Source: Takakia lepidozioides
Lineage: Eukaryota; Plantae; Bryophyta
DNA length: 64,000 nucleotides
Assembly (NCBI GenBank): GCA_030704615.1
Contig: CM060731.1
Location: 53,692,001 to 53,756,000, forward strand
Reading direction: 5' to 3'
Every line of letters begins with the position of its first letter. Within the stretch, counting starts at the first letter, position 1. Below are positions 10,971 to 23,087 of the stretch, piece by piece. The translations under genes were made by a program, and so were the position numbers. The notes under the pieces were generated by a model. It searched no databases, was not told the origin of the DNA, and worked only from the letters and a program-made list of their open reading frames with translations.

Positions 10971-13900
10971 ATGGCAGCACTTGCGAAAATTCGAGAAGGA
11001 GCAGCCATGGCAGAAAATACAGCAAGCGTTGCATGGGTGGCATCCTCCACATGTTCCCGTGGCACATTGGGGTGTGCTCATAAGCCTCCCCGAGACGACG
11101 CCGCTTGCAAGATTGGCCCTGCTCCCATATCTTCAAACACGTGTGGGCTGTACGCTCCGAAGGGGTCCCCTTTGCATTTTTGGAACGGTGTTGAATTGAC
11201 GTACAGTTCCATGTCGACGCCGGGCCACCAGAGACCAGTAGAGGAGGACCAAGTTCATGGAGAGGGGGATAAGCAAGGAGGCCATATAAGCAAAGATCTG
11301 AAACGCCAAAATGCAGTCGTAGAGAAGCTTTGGTACAAATATTTTGCGGACCTCTGTCAATGGTGGGACAGCGAAGGCAGAAAGATGCAGCCTTGTGGAC
11401 ATTGTTTCAAGCACAAGAGTGCCAACCACGGACTATGGAATAATAGCTATTGGAAGGAATATTTTTCAGACCCATGTCAATGGTGTGACAATCGAGGCAA
11501 AAAGATTCACCCTAGAGGAGCAGATTTCAAGCACAGAGGTACCAATGAGGGGCTATGGATTGTTAGCTACAAGAAACCTGTATGGATGGATGGTCAATTT
11601 AAAGCAGTGACAACAGAGTTTTGTGAGTCAGGCACCCCAACCATGATAACCTCTTTCGAAAGTGTTGGAAATGTGAGGAGACTATGTAAGGCAGGAAAAC
11701 TGAAAGAGGTATTGCAATTTTTGAACCAAGGACGCATTTCGGCAGACTCCAATACTTATGTCTGTCTCTTGCAGGAGTGTGTCAAGAGGAAAAGCCTAGC
11801 AGAGGGTAAGCAGGTGCATGCCCACATCATCCAAAGTGGATTCAAGCCAGACATCTTTCTCCACAATACTCTTGTCAACATGCATGCCAAGTGTGGGAGC
11901 ATTGTGGATGCACGCAGAGTGTTCGACACAATGCCTGAAAGAGGTTTGATTACCTGGAATATAATGATAGCAGGATATGCCAAACAGGGATATTGTAGGG
12001 AGGCCTTCCAGACCTATGAGCGAATGATGCAGGAAAGGGTGGCGCCCAACCAGGTCACATTCATATGCCTTCTCAAGGCGTGTGCGATCCTGGCAGCCCT
12101 GGAAAAGGGAAAAGAGGTCCATTGTGACATCATTAAAGCCGGAATTGTGCCAAATATCATCCTGGACAATACCCTTGTGGATATGTATGCCAAATGCGGG
12201 AGCATCAAGGATGCAATGAACGTCTTCAAAAATATGGCTGAACGAGATGTCGTGTCATGGAATGCAATGCTTGCAGGATTTGCCCAGCATGGGCGTGGGA
12301 TGGAGGCTTTGGAAACATATGAGCAAATGTTGTGGGAAGGGGTGAGACCCAACCAGGTCACGTTCGTTTGCGTTTGCAACGCATGTGCCAGCCTGGCAGC
12401 CCTTGAGAAGGGCAAAAAGGTCCATGCTGACATCATGAAAGCTGGAATTGTACCAGATATCATTCTGGACAATACCCTCATAGACATGTATGGCAAATGT
12501 GGGAGCATCGAGGATGCAAAGATAGTGTTTGACAATATGGCTGAGCGAAATGTGGTGTCATGGAATGCGATGATCTCAGGATATGCCCAGCATGGACGTG
12601 GGATGGACGCTCTTGAGACTTATGGGCAAATAATGCAGGAAGGGGTGAAACCCAATCAGGTTACTTTTGTTTCTGTTTGCAATGCATGTGCCAGCCTGGC
12701 AGACCTGGAGAAGGGCAAAGAGGTTCATGCCCACATCATGAAAGCTAGAATTGTACCAGATACCATTCTGGGCAATGCCCTTGTGGATATGTATGCCAAA
12801 TGCGGGAGCATTGAGGATGCAAAGGGAGTCTTTGACAGTATGGCTAGGCGAGATGTAGTGTCATGGAATGTGATGATTGCAGGATATGCTCAGGATGGTT
12901 GTGGGATGGAGGCTTTGGACACCCTTGAGCAAATGATAGAGGAAGGGTTGAAGCCCAACCAGGTCACGTTTGTTTGTGTTCTCAAGGCGTGCGCCAACCT
13001 GACAGACCTGCAAAAGGGCAAAGAGGTCCATGCTGACATCATGAAAGCTGGATTTGTGCCAAATGTCATCTTGTACACTACCCTGGTGGACATGTATGCC
13101 AAATGTGGGAGCATTGAGGATGCCAAGGCAGTGTTTGCCAATATGGCTGAACGAGATGTGGTGTCATGGAATGCAATGATTGCAGCCTATGTGCAGCATG
13201 GGCGTGGCATGGAGGCTTTGAAAACCTATGAGCAAATGATGCGGGAAGGGGTGAAGCCCAACCACGTCACGGTTCTTCATGTGTGCAATGCGTGTGCCAG
13301 CCTGGAATCCCTGGAGAAAGGCAAAGAGATCCATGCTGAAATCGTGAAAGCTGGAACTGTACGAGATATCATTGTCAACAATGCCCTTGTGGACATGTAT
13401 GCCAAATGTGGGAGCATCAAGGATGCAAAGGGGGTGTTTGACAATATGGCTGAGCGAGATGTAGTGTCATGGAATGCCATGATGGCAGGATACACCCAAC
13501 ATGGGTATGGGATAGAGGCTTTGGAGACCTATGAGCAGATGGTGCAGGAAGGGGTGAAGCCCAATCAGGTCACGTTTGTTTGTGTCTGCAATGCCTGTGC
13601 CAGCCTGGCAACCCTGGAAAAGGGCGAAGAAGTCCATGCTGACATCATAAAAGCTGGAATTGTACCAGATATCATTCTCGGCAATACCCTTGTGGACATG
13701 TATGCCAAATGCGGGAGTACTGAGGGTGCAAAGGGAGTGTTTGACAATATGGCTGAACGAGATGTAGTCTCATGGAATGCTATGATTGCAGGATATGCCC
13801 AACATGGGTTTGAGATTCAGGCATGGGAGACCTATGAGCAAATGATGCAAGAAGGGGTGAAACCTGACCAGGTCACATTCGTGTGTGCTCTCAAGGCATG

Positions 13901-14990
13901 TGCCAGCCTGGCAGATCTAGAAAAAGGCAGAGAGGTCCATGCTGACATCATAACATCTGGAATTGTGCCAAATACCATTTTGGACACAACCCTTGTGGAC
14001 ATGTATGCCAAATGCGGGAGCATCAATGACGCATATGGAGTGTTCGACAATATGGCTGAACGGGACGTGGTGTCATGGAATGCAATGATCGGAGGATATG
14101 CCCAGCATGGTTGTAGGAGGGAGGCCCTTCAATTATTTGCCGGAATGCAAGAGGAAGGCTTGAAGCCGGACAATATCACCTTTATATGTGTTCTCTCTGC
14201 ATGTAGCCATGGGGGCCTAGTGGAGGAAGGCAGACACTACTTTAATTCCCTGATTCTCGATCATGGTCTCACTCCTACAGTAGAGCACTTCGGCTGCATA
14301 GTGGACCTTCTTGGCCGTGCAGGGCAAATGGATGAGGCAGAGGACTTCATTGACAAAATGCCAATTACACCAGACCGTGTAGTTTGGAAAGCCTTGCTTG
14401 GTGCCTGCAGAGTTCATGGCAATGTGGAGGTAGCAGAACGTGCAGTAAAATCTATTCTCAAGTGGGATCAAAAAGACCCTGCAGCTTATGTGTTGCTATC
14501 AAACATCTACGCAGCAGCTGGCAGGTGGGACGATACCGCAAAGGTGAGAAAAATGATGAAGTTCAGAGGTGTCAGAAAGGAGCCAGGTTGGTGCTACATT
14601 GCAATTGGCAGCAGTGTGCACACATTTGTGGTAGATGACAAATTGCATCCACATGTTGTGGAAATCCATGGTGAGCTGAAAAGTTTGTCAGAGCAGATGA
14701 AGGAGGCAGGCTATGTGCCTGACACACGCTTTGTATTGCATGACATGGAGGAGGGACGAAAGGAAGTTTCTCTTGGCCACCACAGTGAGAAGCTGGCCAT
14801 TGCTTTTGGGCTGATCAGCACAGCTCCTGGGATGCCTCTCCGCATCATAAAAAATCTTCGGGTGTGTGGTGATTGCCACACAGCCACCAAGTTCATCTCA
14901 AAGATTGTTGGGCGAGAAATCGTTGTACGGGATGCAAACCGCTTTCACCACTTCCAAGATGGGGTTTGTTCTTGTGGGGAGTACTGGTGA
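10971..14990 (+). CDS. PLS-E-DYW pentatricopeptide repeat protein (C-to-U organellar RNA editing factor) with two N-terminal OSB-like PDF motifs
   Basis: 1339-aa intronless ORF. Eight MY/HAKCGS units at 303-bp spacing, E/E+ region, PG box (PGWCYI), HSEKLA, CGDCH, and a C-terminal CSCGEYW. Confidence 0.95.
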   Translation: MAALAKIREGAAMAENTASVAWVASSTCSRGTLGCAHKPPRDDAACKIGPAPISSNTCGLYAPKGSPLHFWNGVELTYSSMSTPGHQRPVEEDQVHGEGDKQGGHISKDLKRQNAVVEKLWYKYFADLCQWWDSEGRKMQPCGHCFKHKSANHGLWNNSYWKEYFSDPCQWCDNRGKKIHPRGADFKHRGTNEGLWIVSYKKPVWMDGQFKAVTTEFCESGTPTMITSFESVGNVRRLCKAGKLKEVLQFLNQGRISADSNTYVCLLQECVKRKSLAEGKQVHAHIIQSGFKPDIFLHNTLVNMHAKCGSIVDARRVFDTMPERGLITWNIMIAGYAKQGYCREAFQTYERMMQERVAPNQVTFICLLKACAILAALEKGKEVHCDIIKAGIVPNIILDNTLVDMYAKCGSIKDAMNVFKNMAERDVVSWNAMLAGFAQHGRGMEALETYEQMLWEGVRPNQVTFVCVCNACASLAALEKGKKVHADIMKAGIVPDIILDNTLIDMYGKCGSIEDAKIVFDNMAERNVVSWNAMISGYAQHGRGMDALETYGQIMQEGVKPNQVTFVSVCNACASLADLEKGKEVHAHIMKARIVPDTILGNALVDMYAKCGSIEDAKGVFDSMARRDVVSWNVMIAGYAQDGCGMEALDTLEQMIEEGLKPNQVTFVCVLKACANLTDLQKGKEVHADIMKAGFVPNVILYTTLVDMYAKCGSIEDAKAVFANMAERDVVSWNAMIAAYVQHGRGMEALKTYEQMMREGVKPNHVTVLHVCNACASLESLEKGKEIHAEIVKAGTVRDIIVNNALVDMYAKCGSIKDAKGVFDNMAERDVVSWNAMMAGYTQHGYGIEALETYEQMVQEGVKPNQVTFVCVCNACASLATLEKGEEVHADIIKAGIVPDIILGNTLVDMYAKCGSTEGAKGVFDNMAERDVVSWNAMIAGYAQHGFEIQAWETYEQMMQEGVKPDQVTFVCALKACASLADLEKGREVHADIITSGIVPNTILDTTLVDMYAKCGSINDAYGVFDNMAERDVVSWNAMIGGYAQHGCRREALQLFAGMQEEGLKPDNITFICVLSACSHGGLVEEGRHYFNSLILDHGLTPTVEHFGCIVDLLGRAGQMDEAEDFIDKMPITPDRVVWKALLGACRVHGNVEVAERAVKSILKWDQKDPAAYVLLSNIYAAAGRWDDTAKVRKMMKFRGVRKEPGWCYIAIGSSVHTFVVDDKLHPHVVEIHGELKSLSEQMKEAGYVPDTRFVLHDMEEGRKEVSLGHHSEKLAIAFGLISTAPGMPLRIIKNLRVCGDCHTATKFISKIVGREIVVRDANRFHHFQDGVCSCGEYW

Positions 14991-15334
14991 AAGGATGTTC
15001 TTCTTGCAAGGTGTGACTGTCTTCCTTCCTTCATTAGATCTCTGGAGCTGCTAGGTTCAGTCACCGTTACTCTGGAATTATGGCTTTGATGTACAGAGGG
15101 CATTTCCTCTAGCATATCAACTGTCCAAGAGCTGAGTGTGGGGTCTACTCACCACAAGGTGGGATCTCTACCGGAAATTGCATTTTGGTCCAATATAACC
15201 AATGCCATGTGTTTACAAGAGGTAAATGTTGATGTGCAGCATGGTCTAGATCATGTCTGGAAACAAGTTGGGTGCTTGCATTCTTCTTGAGGTGCAGATG
15301 TGGATGTCGTTAGTTGTTGAGAAGAGAGAGTTGT

Positions 15335-15836
15335 GAGAAAGAGAATGTACTCACGAGACGTTGTTTGCTGTAGCCTTGTGGGTATAGACCCCGTACCCAG
15401 TTTGGGCTGAACGAAAGCAGTGGGTCACCCATCCCAGTACTATTCCATCCGAAAGGTGCTTCACTTCAGAGTTCTGCGGGATCTGGTGGGTATGACCACC
15501 ACACAATGAGAGAGAGAATGTACTCATAAGATGTTGTTTGCCGTAGCCTTGTGGTCATTGACCCTGTGTTCAGTTTGAGCAGAACACAAAGGGACAGAAC
15601 CTACCTTTGTTAGGGGCGGACGCTGATAGTAAGACTTACCTCGGAATAAACAATTGATCGGGGATTTCCAGATATCCTCTAGAAATCCCTTTACACAAGC
15701 ATCAATCTGCTGTGGGTGGTTTGCCCAATAACTAGGCCCCAAAAGGGCCTGGGCTTTTGGCTCAGCCTCCAGACTTTCAAAGTTGAGAGAGAGAATGTAC
15801 TCATAAGACGTTTCTTGCAGTAGCCTTGTGGTCATT
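15335..15836 (-). mobile_element. Three adjacent 5'-truncated copies of the (TC)n-associated LINE 3' end
   Basis: GAGAGAATGTACTCATAAGACGTTGTTTGCCGTAGCCTTGTGG-type motif at ~15341, ~15510 and ~15787. It is the reverse complement of the 3' end of the LINE at 38170-38990. Confidence 0.8.
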
Positions 15837-16045
15837 CAGAAAGAGTGAGTGTCTGTCTTATATAGCATGTCAAAGCTAGACAAGGAAATACTGAACACAA
15901 TGTGTTGTGTTTATATGTTTTTAATAACAGCAGACATCCTAATCTAGGCACCATCAAACTGCCTCTAGCCAGACTGCCTCCATACCTCCCTTACAAATCC
16001 TTACTGCAAATATTCTTTAGGTGTTCTTATGGCAATCAAATGCAA

Positions 16046-16530
16046 ACAACAGGACCGAACATGGTCGTGGACATGTGTAAGGAGTTCAGTATCTCAATGA
16101 GATTGAGGACTGAGTTGTAGGGGCCTTTCAATGGAGCTCAAAGGAGGGTGCTCTTGCTGAAGTGAATATGCGAGGTATTGCATTTGAGGTGTGCGACGTG
16201 GTTGATGCCATACATCGTGGTGGTGGCCAGATCATGCCAACTGCCTGTATGCAGCTCAGCTCACAGCCAAGCCTCGCCTTTTGGAGCCGGTTTACTTGGT
16301 GGAAATCCAGGCAGCAGAGGGTGCGCTTGGTGGCATATATGGTGTGCTCAATCAAAAACGTGGTCCTGTGTTTGAGGAAGTCCAGAGGCCAGGAACTCCT
16401 CTCTACAATATCAAAGCTTATCTCCCTGTCATAGAGTCATTTGGATTTTTAGGTACTCTTCGAGCAGTGACATCTGGGCAGGCCTTCCCCCAGTGTGTCT
16501 TTGACCACTGGATGATGAACAGTGACCCAC
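16046..16530 (+). pseudogene. EEF2: Elongation factor 2 C-terminal fragment, frameshifted, no introns
   Basis: GPNMVVDMCK; [26 protein letters not shown]; [10 protein letters not shown]; [19 protein letters not shown]; [14 protein letters not shown]. Confidence 0.9.
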
Positions 16531-17149
16531 ATGACTTGACTAGGCAGTCCATAGCCTTTCTGCAGCGCCTAGTGCTTTTACAGGCAGTCCTTGGCCATGA
16601 ATGATATACCACATCTGTGAAAGATTGAGGGGGCCAAATGGAGACAGAGTTCTGTTCCATTTCATACAAGGGCCGAGTTTATCTCTTTGAAGACAAACGT
16701 CACCAGAAGCACCTGGAGGCAGCTCCCCTAATTTCTAGAAGGTGGGTGGTTTGTAGATCTCTCTTCTGAGGCACAGAAAAAATGACAGATTTCGTAGTGT
16801 CCAAGCAGAGGAGCTGGGTTCTATTAAGCATGTTATGATGATACTGTTCGTGGTTTGTTGCAGGGAAGAGCTAGACAGGGACTCCACATGTGAAAACAAC
16901 AAAGGAAGGCTGTGGCTCTGATCACTGTTGGCATTGGTTGATTTTTCATTGCATTGCATTGCATCCATTGCATTCATGTGCTCGAGCAGCTTGCATCCAT
17001 TGCATCCGAACCTGCATGCAAAGGGGGGCAAGTGGTCTGGCCTATCGGAGCAGTAGGCCAAAACACTCGTAGTTTGGCCCGCAATTGTGGCCCACATTCA
17101 AGCCAACTGTGGTTGGCACGGTAGTGGGTTCGACCCCCACTTGGGTCTG

Positions 17150-17352
17150 GGCGTGTTTGACAATACAGCTGAACGAATTGTGGTGTCATGGAATGTGATG
17201 ATCGGTGGATAGGGGTTGCATGCTTGCGTGTGGGAGGCTTTGGAGATGGGGTGCCAGCCTGCCAACCCTGGAGAAGGGCAAAGAGGTTCATGTGACTTCA
17301 TCGAAGCAGGAAGGTACGAGCCGTTCTGAACACTGCCCTGGTGGGCATATTT
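17150..17352 (+). pseudogene. PLS-PPR gene fragment
   Basis: Degenerate VFDNTAERIVVSWNVMIGG and ASLPTLEKGKEVH, similar to units of the PPR gene. Confidence 0.65.
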
Positions 17353-17399
17353 GCATCAACCGGCACCGGACTGCTGGGACCCTGGTGGCTATAATAGCA

Positions 17400-19290
17400 G
17401 AGTACCAATCTCAACACAGACCAGCCGTATCTGTGCCCAGCAGAACCCACAACAATACCCTGTTACAATACATGTTAAGATATTGCAAGGTGCAGGCCTC
17501 GCATGCCCTCAACAATATATCTGGCCCGGGGGAATCCCTCTCAGCTGAAGCCCAGGGAGCAACAAGGAGAAGTTAAGATCTGACCCTGCCCGAAGGATTC
17601 TGTGGCCAGCTTTATTGTATTCTTCCAACCCGCTGTTACGCTTCGCCGGCAAATCACCCCTGGTAAGTTATTGTGTGCTTACGCTACACTCACCCACTTA
17701 CGCTGCCATGTTGCTCTCCTCCCGACTCCCACCAAATTAATTGCATCTTATGTAGCTCTATGTCTGATTTCCACTGCTACTCGCTTTGTGACATACTAAC
17801 CCCAAATGATATCAGCACTCAATATACTCTACACAAAGTTACCATCTCACCAGCAAAATCACTCTCTATAAGAAAACAAATACAACCAAAACCAACTTCT
17901 ACCACCCACATACAAGCTCACTGCAAAGAGCCCCCGCTATTGTAATTGGTTTACACCCCAGACTGTCCAGGGAACAACAAGAAAGTAGCATCAACCCCAC
18001 TGCATATACACCACAGATTATACCCTGTATGCAGTCAGCTCCTGTTATTTGGCCAAAGACACAATATTACCTATCCCCAGCAACAATGTCATAGCCAACG
18101 CGAAGAATTGTTGCCACTGTAACTGCCATTGCTACTGGAACTACAAGCACCATAACTATACATGCATACGACAACCAAGTTATTACCATAACGATTTCCA
18201 TAACACACTTGCAAGGTATACAGTCAACCGGCTGATGGGGTCACCCCCCTTCAAGCATATCACATCCCAATCTGCAACAGAATAATCTTTGGCAAACAAT
18301 CAGTTAACTGTATGCCTCCCTCCCTCAACAACTCTGATAATGACAACCCCCTCAGAAAGTGGATCATTATGAGAGTTGCTAAACAGGAACGATCCCAAGC
18401 ACAGTAAGCAGCTTGCCAGGGCACTCCCATTCTTCCACAAAGCTAGAACATGTCAATGCTAAAGGCTATCTCTTCACAAACCCAGCTACACAATTCTGCC
18501 CAAAAGTACTACCCCCCCCCCTCCCCTGGCCTTACTACTTGGGAGGACAGCAAACGTCCACACATCTGGTGCCTGCACGAATACTATGCTACAAATGCCA
18601 CAAATCAAAGCTACTGAATGCTAATTGCTCACAAGATTTTCCATCTACCTATACCCTCATTGAAATTTACTTACAAGTTATTTGGAAGGACCATCTTTCG
18701 ACCAATTACCCCCCACTGCCCCACATTATGGTTACCCTCCCATGCTGGATGGCACCGCATAATCAACCTGTCCCCCCACTGGCCCATCACATTATAGCCC
18801 CATCTCATGTCACCAGTCTACACTACAGCCAAAGACGCTACCTCTACATAAACCAAACAATGCACCCCTGTGACCATCTTTCCCCTTTGCCAAACCAGCA
18901 CCCCACGGCTAGTACCTCCAATAAATGAGTGGGAAATGAGTGACACTGCTGGTGTCAGGAGCTTGCTAGGACATCATACTCTGACCCACAATGCAAAATA
19001 CCGTTTAAGTTCTACATTTCTTCATGTTTATAATGCTATACAACAGTCTATTTCCATATGACCTGCTTGCCTCCGACATAGCTGACCCTTTCGTTCGTTA
19101 TAATTCCCTATGGGGTGTGCTGCCATCTCACAAGGCTACCAAATAAGCTCCATTGCACTGCATACAATCAATACTATTCCCACGATGCTGATCGACCAAA
19201 TCAATCTCAAAAGCATGACATTCCCAATACCCAAAGCCCAACCGCCACTACCTGGCTGCAAACATTATCCCTAAAAATAACACAACACAG
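17400..19290 (+). mobile_element. Highly degenerate retroelement remnant, possibly L1 ORF1
   Basis: C/A-rich region with many stops and a degenerate zinc knuckle (CYKCHKSKLLNANC, ~18587-18628). No other clear motifs. Confidence 0.3.
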
Positions 19291-19625
19291 CCTACCCCCG
19301 CATCCTGATCAGCATAAAAATCCCTACATAAATTCCAACCCAAACCAAAACTGCACATGCTTTCTCATTGTCACAAAGCTGCTACTCAGGCTAATCCCAC
19401 ACTTTCGACATGCTCAAACTGGACTAACCCAAAACCGCATCAGTGCCACACAATAATCTGCCTTCCCTGCCAAAATACAGCAGGAACGCGAAGTTTACGG
19501 GGATATTATTGGTTAACGAGAGGTAATGGGAACACTAAGTCCCGAATGGTCAGAGACAGAGACTGCGTGGGAGCAGCCTTTGGGAAGCTTCCCATAAGTT
19601 ACCTTGCAAGTGAGACTAAGTTTGT

Positions 19626-22457
19626 GGCTTCTCATTGAACAATATTAGGGTCTTGAATGCTCGCGCGTGTGGCTGTGGCGAGGCCCACGTGTGGCAGAGG
19701 GGGTCACTGAGGGTTGGAGCGCCCCTACCCGGACCCGGCTAGTCTGCTGCTAGGTATGCTCGGCAAGCTAGTTTGTTGGGGCCCACAATATGCACATAAA
19801 AGCATTAGTTATTGCAGGGATTTATAGAAAGTGGCGGGTAGTGTGGTGGTTAAGAGCAATGAACAATAAACACAAGGATTGGTGCTCAAATCCAGTCAGG
19901 TTATATTGCGGCAGTAATGTGTGTCATTAAATATATATTTTGTCAAAGGGTTTGCCAGTCCGCTTGTCAGTCTGCTGGAGGGTGTGCCCGGTTTGTTGGA
20001 GTAGGGTCTGCCCACTCCGCTCGTCGATCTGCTGGAGGGTGTGTTTGGTCTGTTGGAGGAGGGTCTGTCAGTCCGCTCGTCGGTCTACTGAAGGGTCTGC
20101 CTATCCGCTAGAAGGTTGGAGGGTCTACCCAGTCCGCTAGAAGGTCCGCTGCGGTAGATGAACAAGGACTTAGAAAATTTTCAGAATCTGGCCGACCCGG
20201 TGAATGGGCGGCAACGATGCTATCGCGTGAGCCTGGCGTATGAGCGTATGCTCACACAATGGTGATGTGGCGTGAGCCTACGCTCACAGCGCTAACGTGG
20301 CGCTGATGCTGATGTGGCATAAGCCTGGCCCAGGTCGTGCCACGTCACCACAAAGAAGGTGGGCCTATAACCGTGGAGCCTACAACTGGGGGGTAACCAC
20401 ACATATCTTTACTAACGTTTAAATGTTTTGGTTTTACCAATGGTTTCGATTTCGAGGCTACCTTTGACACTTTGTTTTGTTTTGTGGCCCAGGTCACAAA
20501 AAGACCTGAGTGGGTGAATGGAAGCCAGCAGGCGTATGCGACTGACCTTGTGGTGCTTGACATTCCGGACGGTTTGCCCGTCCCTGATGTGCTCCCTTCA
20601 AGTGCAACCCCTACCTAGAACAAATCAGATGCCCGGTTCTGGCAGTGGGTTTTCTCATTCAGTAACAAATTCATTTTTGATGGCAGGGGCTCTCCTTCTC
20701 ATGCAGGCAAATGATATGTTGGCACGCAGAACTCTTTTCAGCTACATGAATTCTTCCGGGTTTCGAGTCATCAAAATAGGGCATGCATCAACACCCTGCC
20801 TCTTACAAAGGGAGAGTTCCCAGGGTAGAGGGTGAGTAGTTCTCTAACAATGACACTTTTGGTTTTTTCCCTGATCCATTCAAATGTTTGGGTTTTACTT
20901 CTAAAACTTACTCTCTGGGGTTCTCTGGCAGACTCGTGTGTTCGAGGCTTTGTGCTTGGTGAGGGTGCGTAAGGACACCCTTCCTCCCGGGATTCCTGAA
21001 TTTCAGTTGAGGGACCTTGCAGCTCATATCGACCCCACCTGTGAGCCTGTGGAGGACGATGTGGTCTTCAATTACGTGGACTCCGGGCGCACTTTGAAAA
21101 GGTCGAATGGTGTCCCAGCTTGGAGAGGTGCTCGGGAGAAATCCAGCTTTCATGCAGACTCTGGTGGAGACATGCAGCCGACACGATGGGCGGGTGGCGG
21201 ACTTGTCTATGGGCACAGGTAGGGCCCTAAACTTGTTTGTAAAAGCAGAATTGTGAGAGCTTCAATTTGTTTTTGTGGACCTTGTTTCACCCTTTCATTG
21301 ATGCTGGGTTTGCAGGAGCTTCTTTCCATGCCTGCAAAAGCGCCGGTAGGCACTTCTTCGGCATGGAGGGGGATGCAGAGTTTTTTTCCTGCAAGCTTGA
21401 ATAGCTTGCATCGGGCTCAACATCACCCCCCCGCATGGAGGCAGTTTTCGAGAAGGCCGACGCTCCTGACGAAGATCTGGACGTGGACTTTGATTTTGAG
21501 TGTGAGTAAGTCGTGTTTGTTGTCGAGCAATCGGGTATTGCATTCCATTGCTTCTTTCCCACCTTGATTCCAATGATTCATTCAATTGTAAACCTTGCAA
21601 TTGTGACTTCTTATAACACGATTCCGGTTGGTTCGTTACAAGTGTGGCACCAGCCATCGGCGACATCCTTCGGTTTCCAGGGATACAACTTGACTCCAAT
21701 TCCGCCCCGTGGATACCACTTGTCTGTTTACGCGGAGGCATGGGCACATGTGATGTCCCGACAATCGGCAAGTTTGCCTCTCTATGGGGGGGCTTGGCAG
21801 AAAAGAACATGGCAAACAGGCTAGCGTATATGTAGATGACATTGCTATCGTGTCTGAAAGTAGTTCCTCTGGAACCTCGAGTAGTTGATGGAGTTGGTGG
21901 AGACTGTCTTAATAAATGGTGTTTTGCATTACAAGTGTTGCCAACCTGTTCTGCAACTGTGTTTTTCCACATACCGCACAGCAGCTTTAGGGATTTCCTG
22001 GTGTATGTCTGGAGAACGTCTATCATTGAAACATGGATGTAAATTGGGGGCAAGGAACTTTGTTAAAACAAAGTCATTCTCGTTTGTGTTCATTACGCAA
22101 CATGACATTGTACTCTGTGAAATATCCTGTACTCGTGCTCGAAAACCATCCACAAACCTCCCGTGATTTCTCATCCGAACCACATTTGGATGAGGGAGGA
22201 GACTTCTCGAAAAATAAAGTTGGCAAATCTGGGGCGTGGTAATCGCCTTCCGTTCCGCGGAAATAGGTGGCTTCTCTGGAATTAGGTCATGTACGTGGGA
22301 AACTTTGTTGACGTGGCGTGAGCCTGGCTAGGCTCACGCGGCCCGGCTCATGCGCAAGCATTCCCCAATCGATGGTGGGCTTATGAGCTCACCCCATGGG
22401 TCGTATCGGCGGGGCCGATAGGTACATTCAAGACCCTAATATTAAAAAATGAGAGGC
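19626..22457. mobile_element. Non-autonomous TIR element (MULE-like)
   Basis: TIR GCTTCTCATTGAACAATATTAGGGTCTTGAATG / CATTCAAGACCCTAATATTAAAAAATGAGAGGC. TSD AAGTTTGT (19618-19625) / GAGTTTGT (22458-22465). The empty site is visible in the paralogous segment at ~31975-32000. Confidence 0.8.
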
Positions 22458-23087
22458 GAGTTTGTCTGTGGGGGAGTTAGTGTACAAGTGTTAAGTGGTG
22501 GGTGTAGGGGTTTCTGGGGTGACCTGTAGGGGTAGACAAGCTTGCCAATAAAGGAGAAAAGTGCTCTTTTGTTGTCCTCTGGTTCTACTATTCTCTTTTT
22601 CTCTTCTATAAATGGAAAGGGGACACCGGCCCTTTTTTATCCAAGTGAACCAAATTTAGTTTTAGACTGGTTTTAGTACCTATCTGGTAGCCTTAAGATG
22701 TTGAAGTCTCTTAAAGTCCTTCTTGTACAAAACCAAAGAAACACCTTGTCGACAACATCCACAAAGTCTATGATCACTATTGCTGAAAAACATCGCAAAA
22801 GATTGATATACATCTAATACTCATAAAATGAAATACTTGGAATGCGTATTCCAAACTAGTTTGGCTCAGTTTACGAGCTCATCGGTGGGAAAAAATAAAA
22901 CTACAAACCATGGGCAGTCCCAGAGGCGAAGTGAAGAGGAATCGAGGACAGAGGTGAGGCACGGTAGAGAGGCTTGAGAAATCAGAATTTCAAGTGAGTT
23001 CTAAGTTTTCGATCCCTCGCTCTCTTGTGACGCCAATTCAAGTCTGTCTGCTCCCCCCCTCACCAGGGGCCTTCCCATTGAGGGGGA

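Noticed and set aside
11756-14050. Repeated antisense ORFs over the PPR gene (also over GLE1 and the pol genes)
   Set aside because: These are shadow ORFs of real coding sequence.
14584-14990. U-to-C (DYW:KP) editing domain
   Set aside because: The PG box, HSEKLA and the terminal EYW are of the canonical C-to-U type.
17097-17145. tRNA gene (GGTTCGACCCC B-box; similar on the minus strand at ~8830)
   Set aside because: No complete cloverleaf is evident; at most a SINE remnant.
21295-22053. 252-aa ORF as a transposase
   Set aside because: Non-ATG start and no MULE/DDE motifs recognised.
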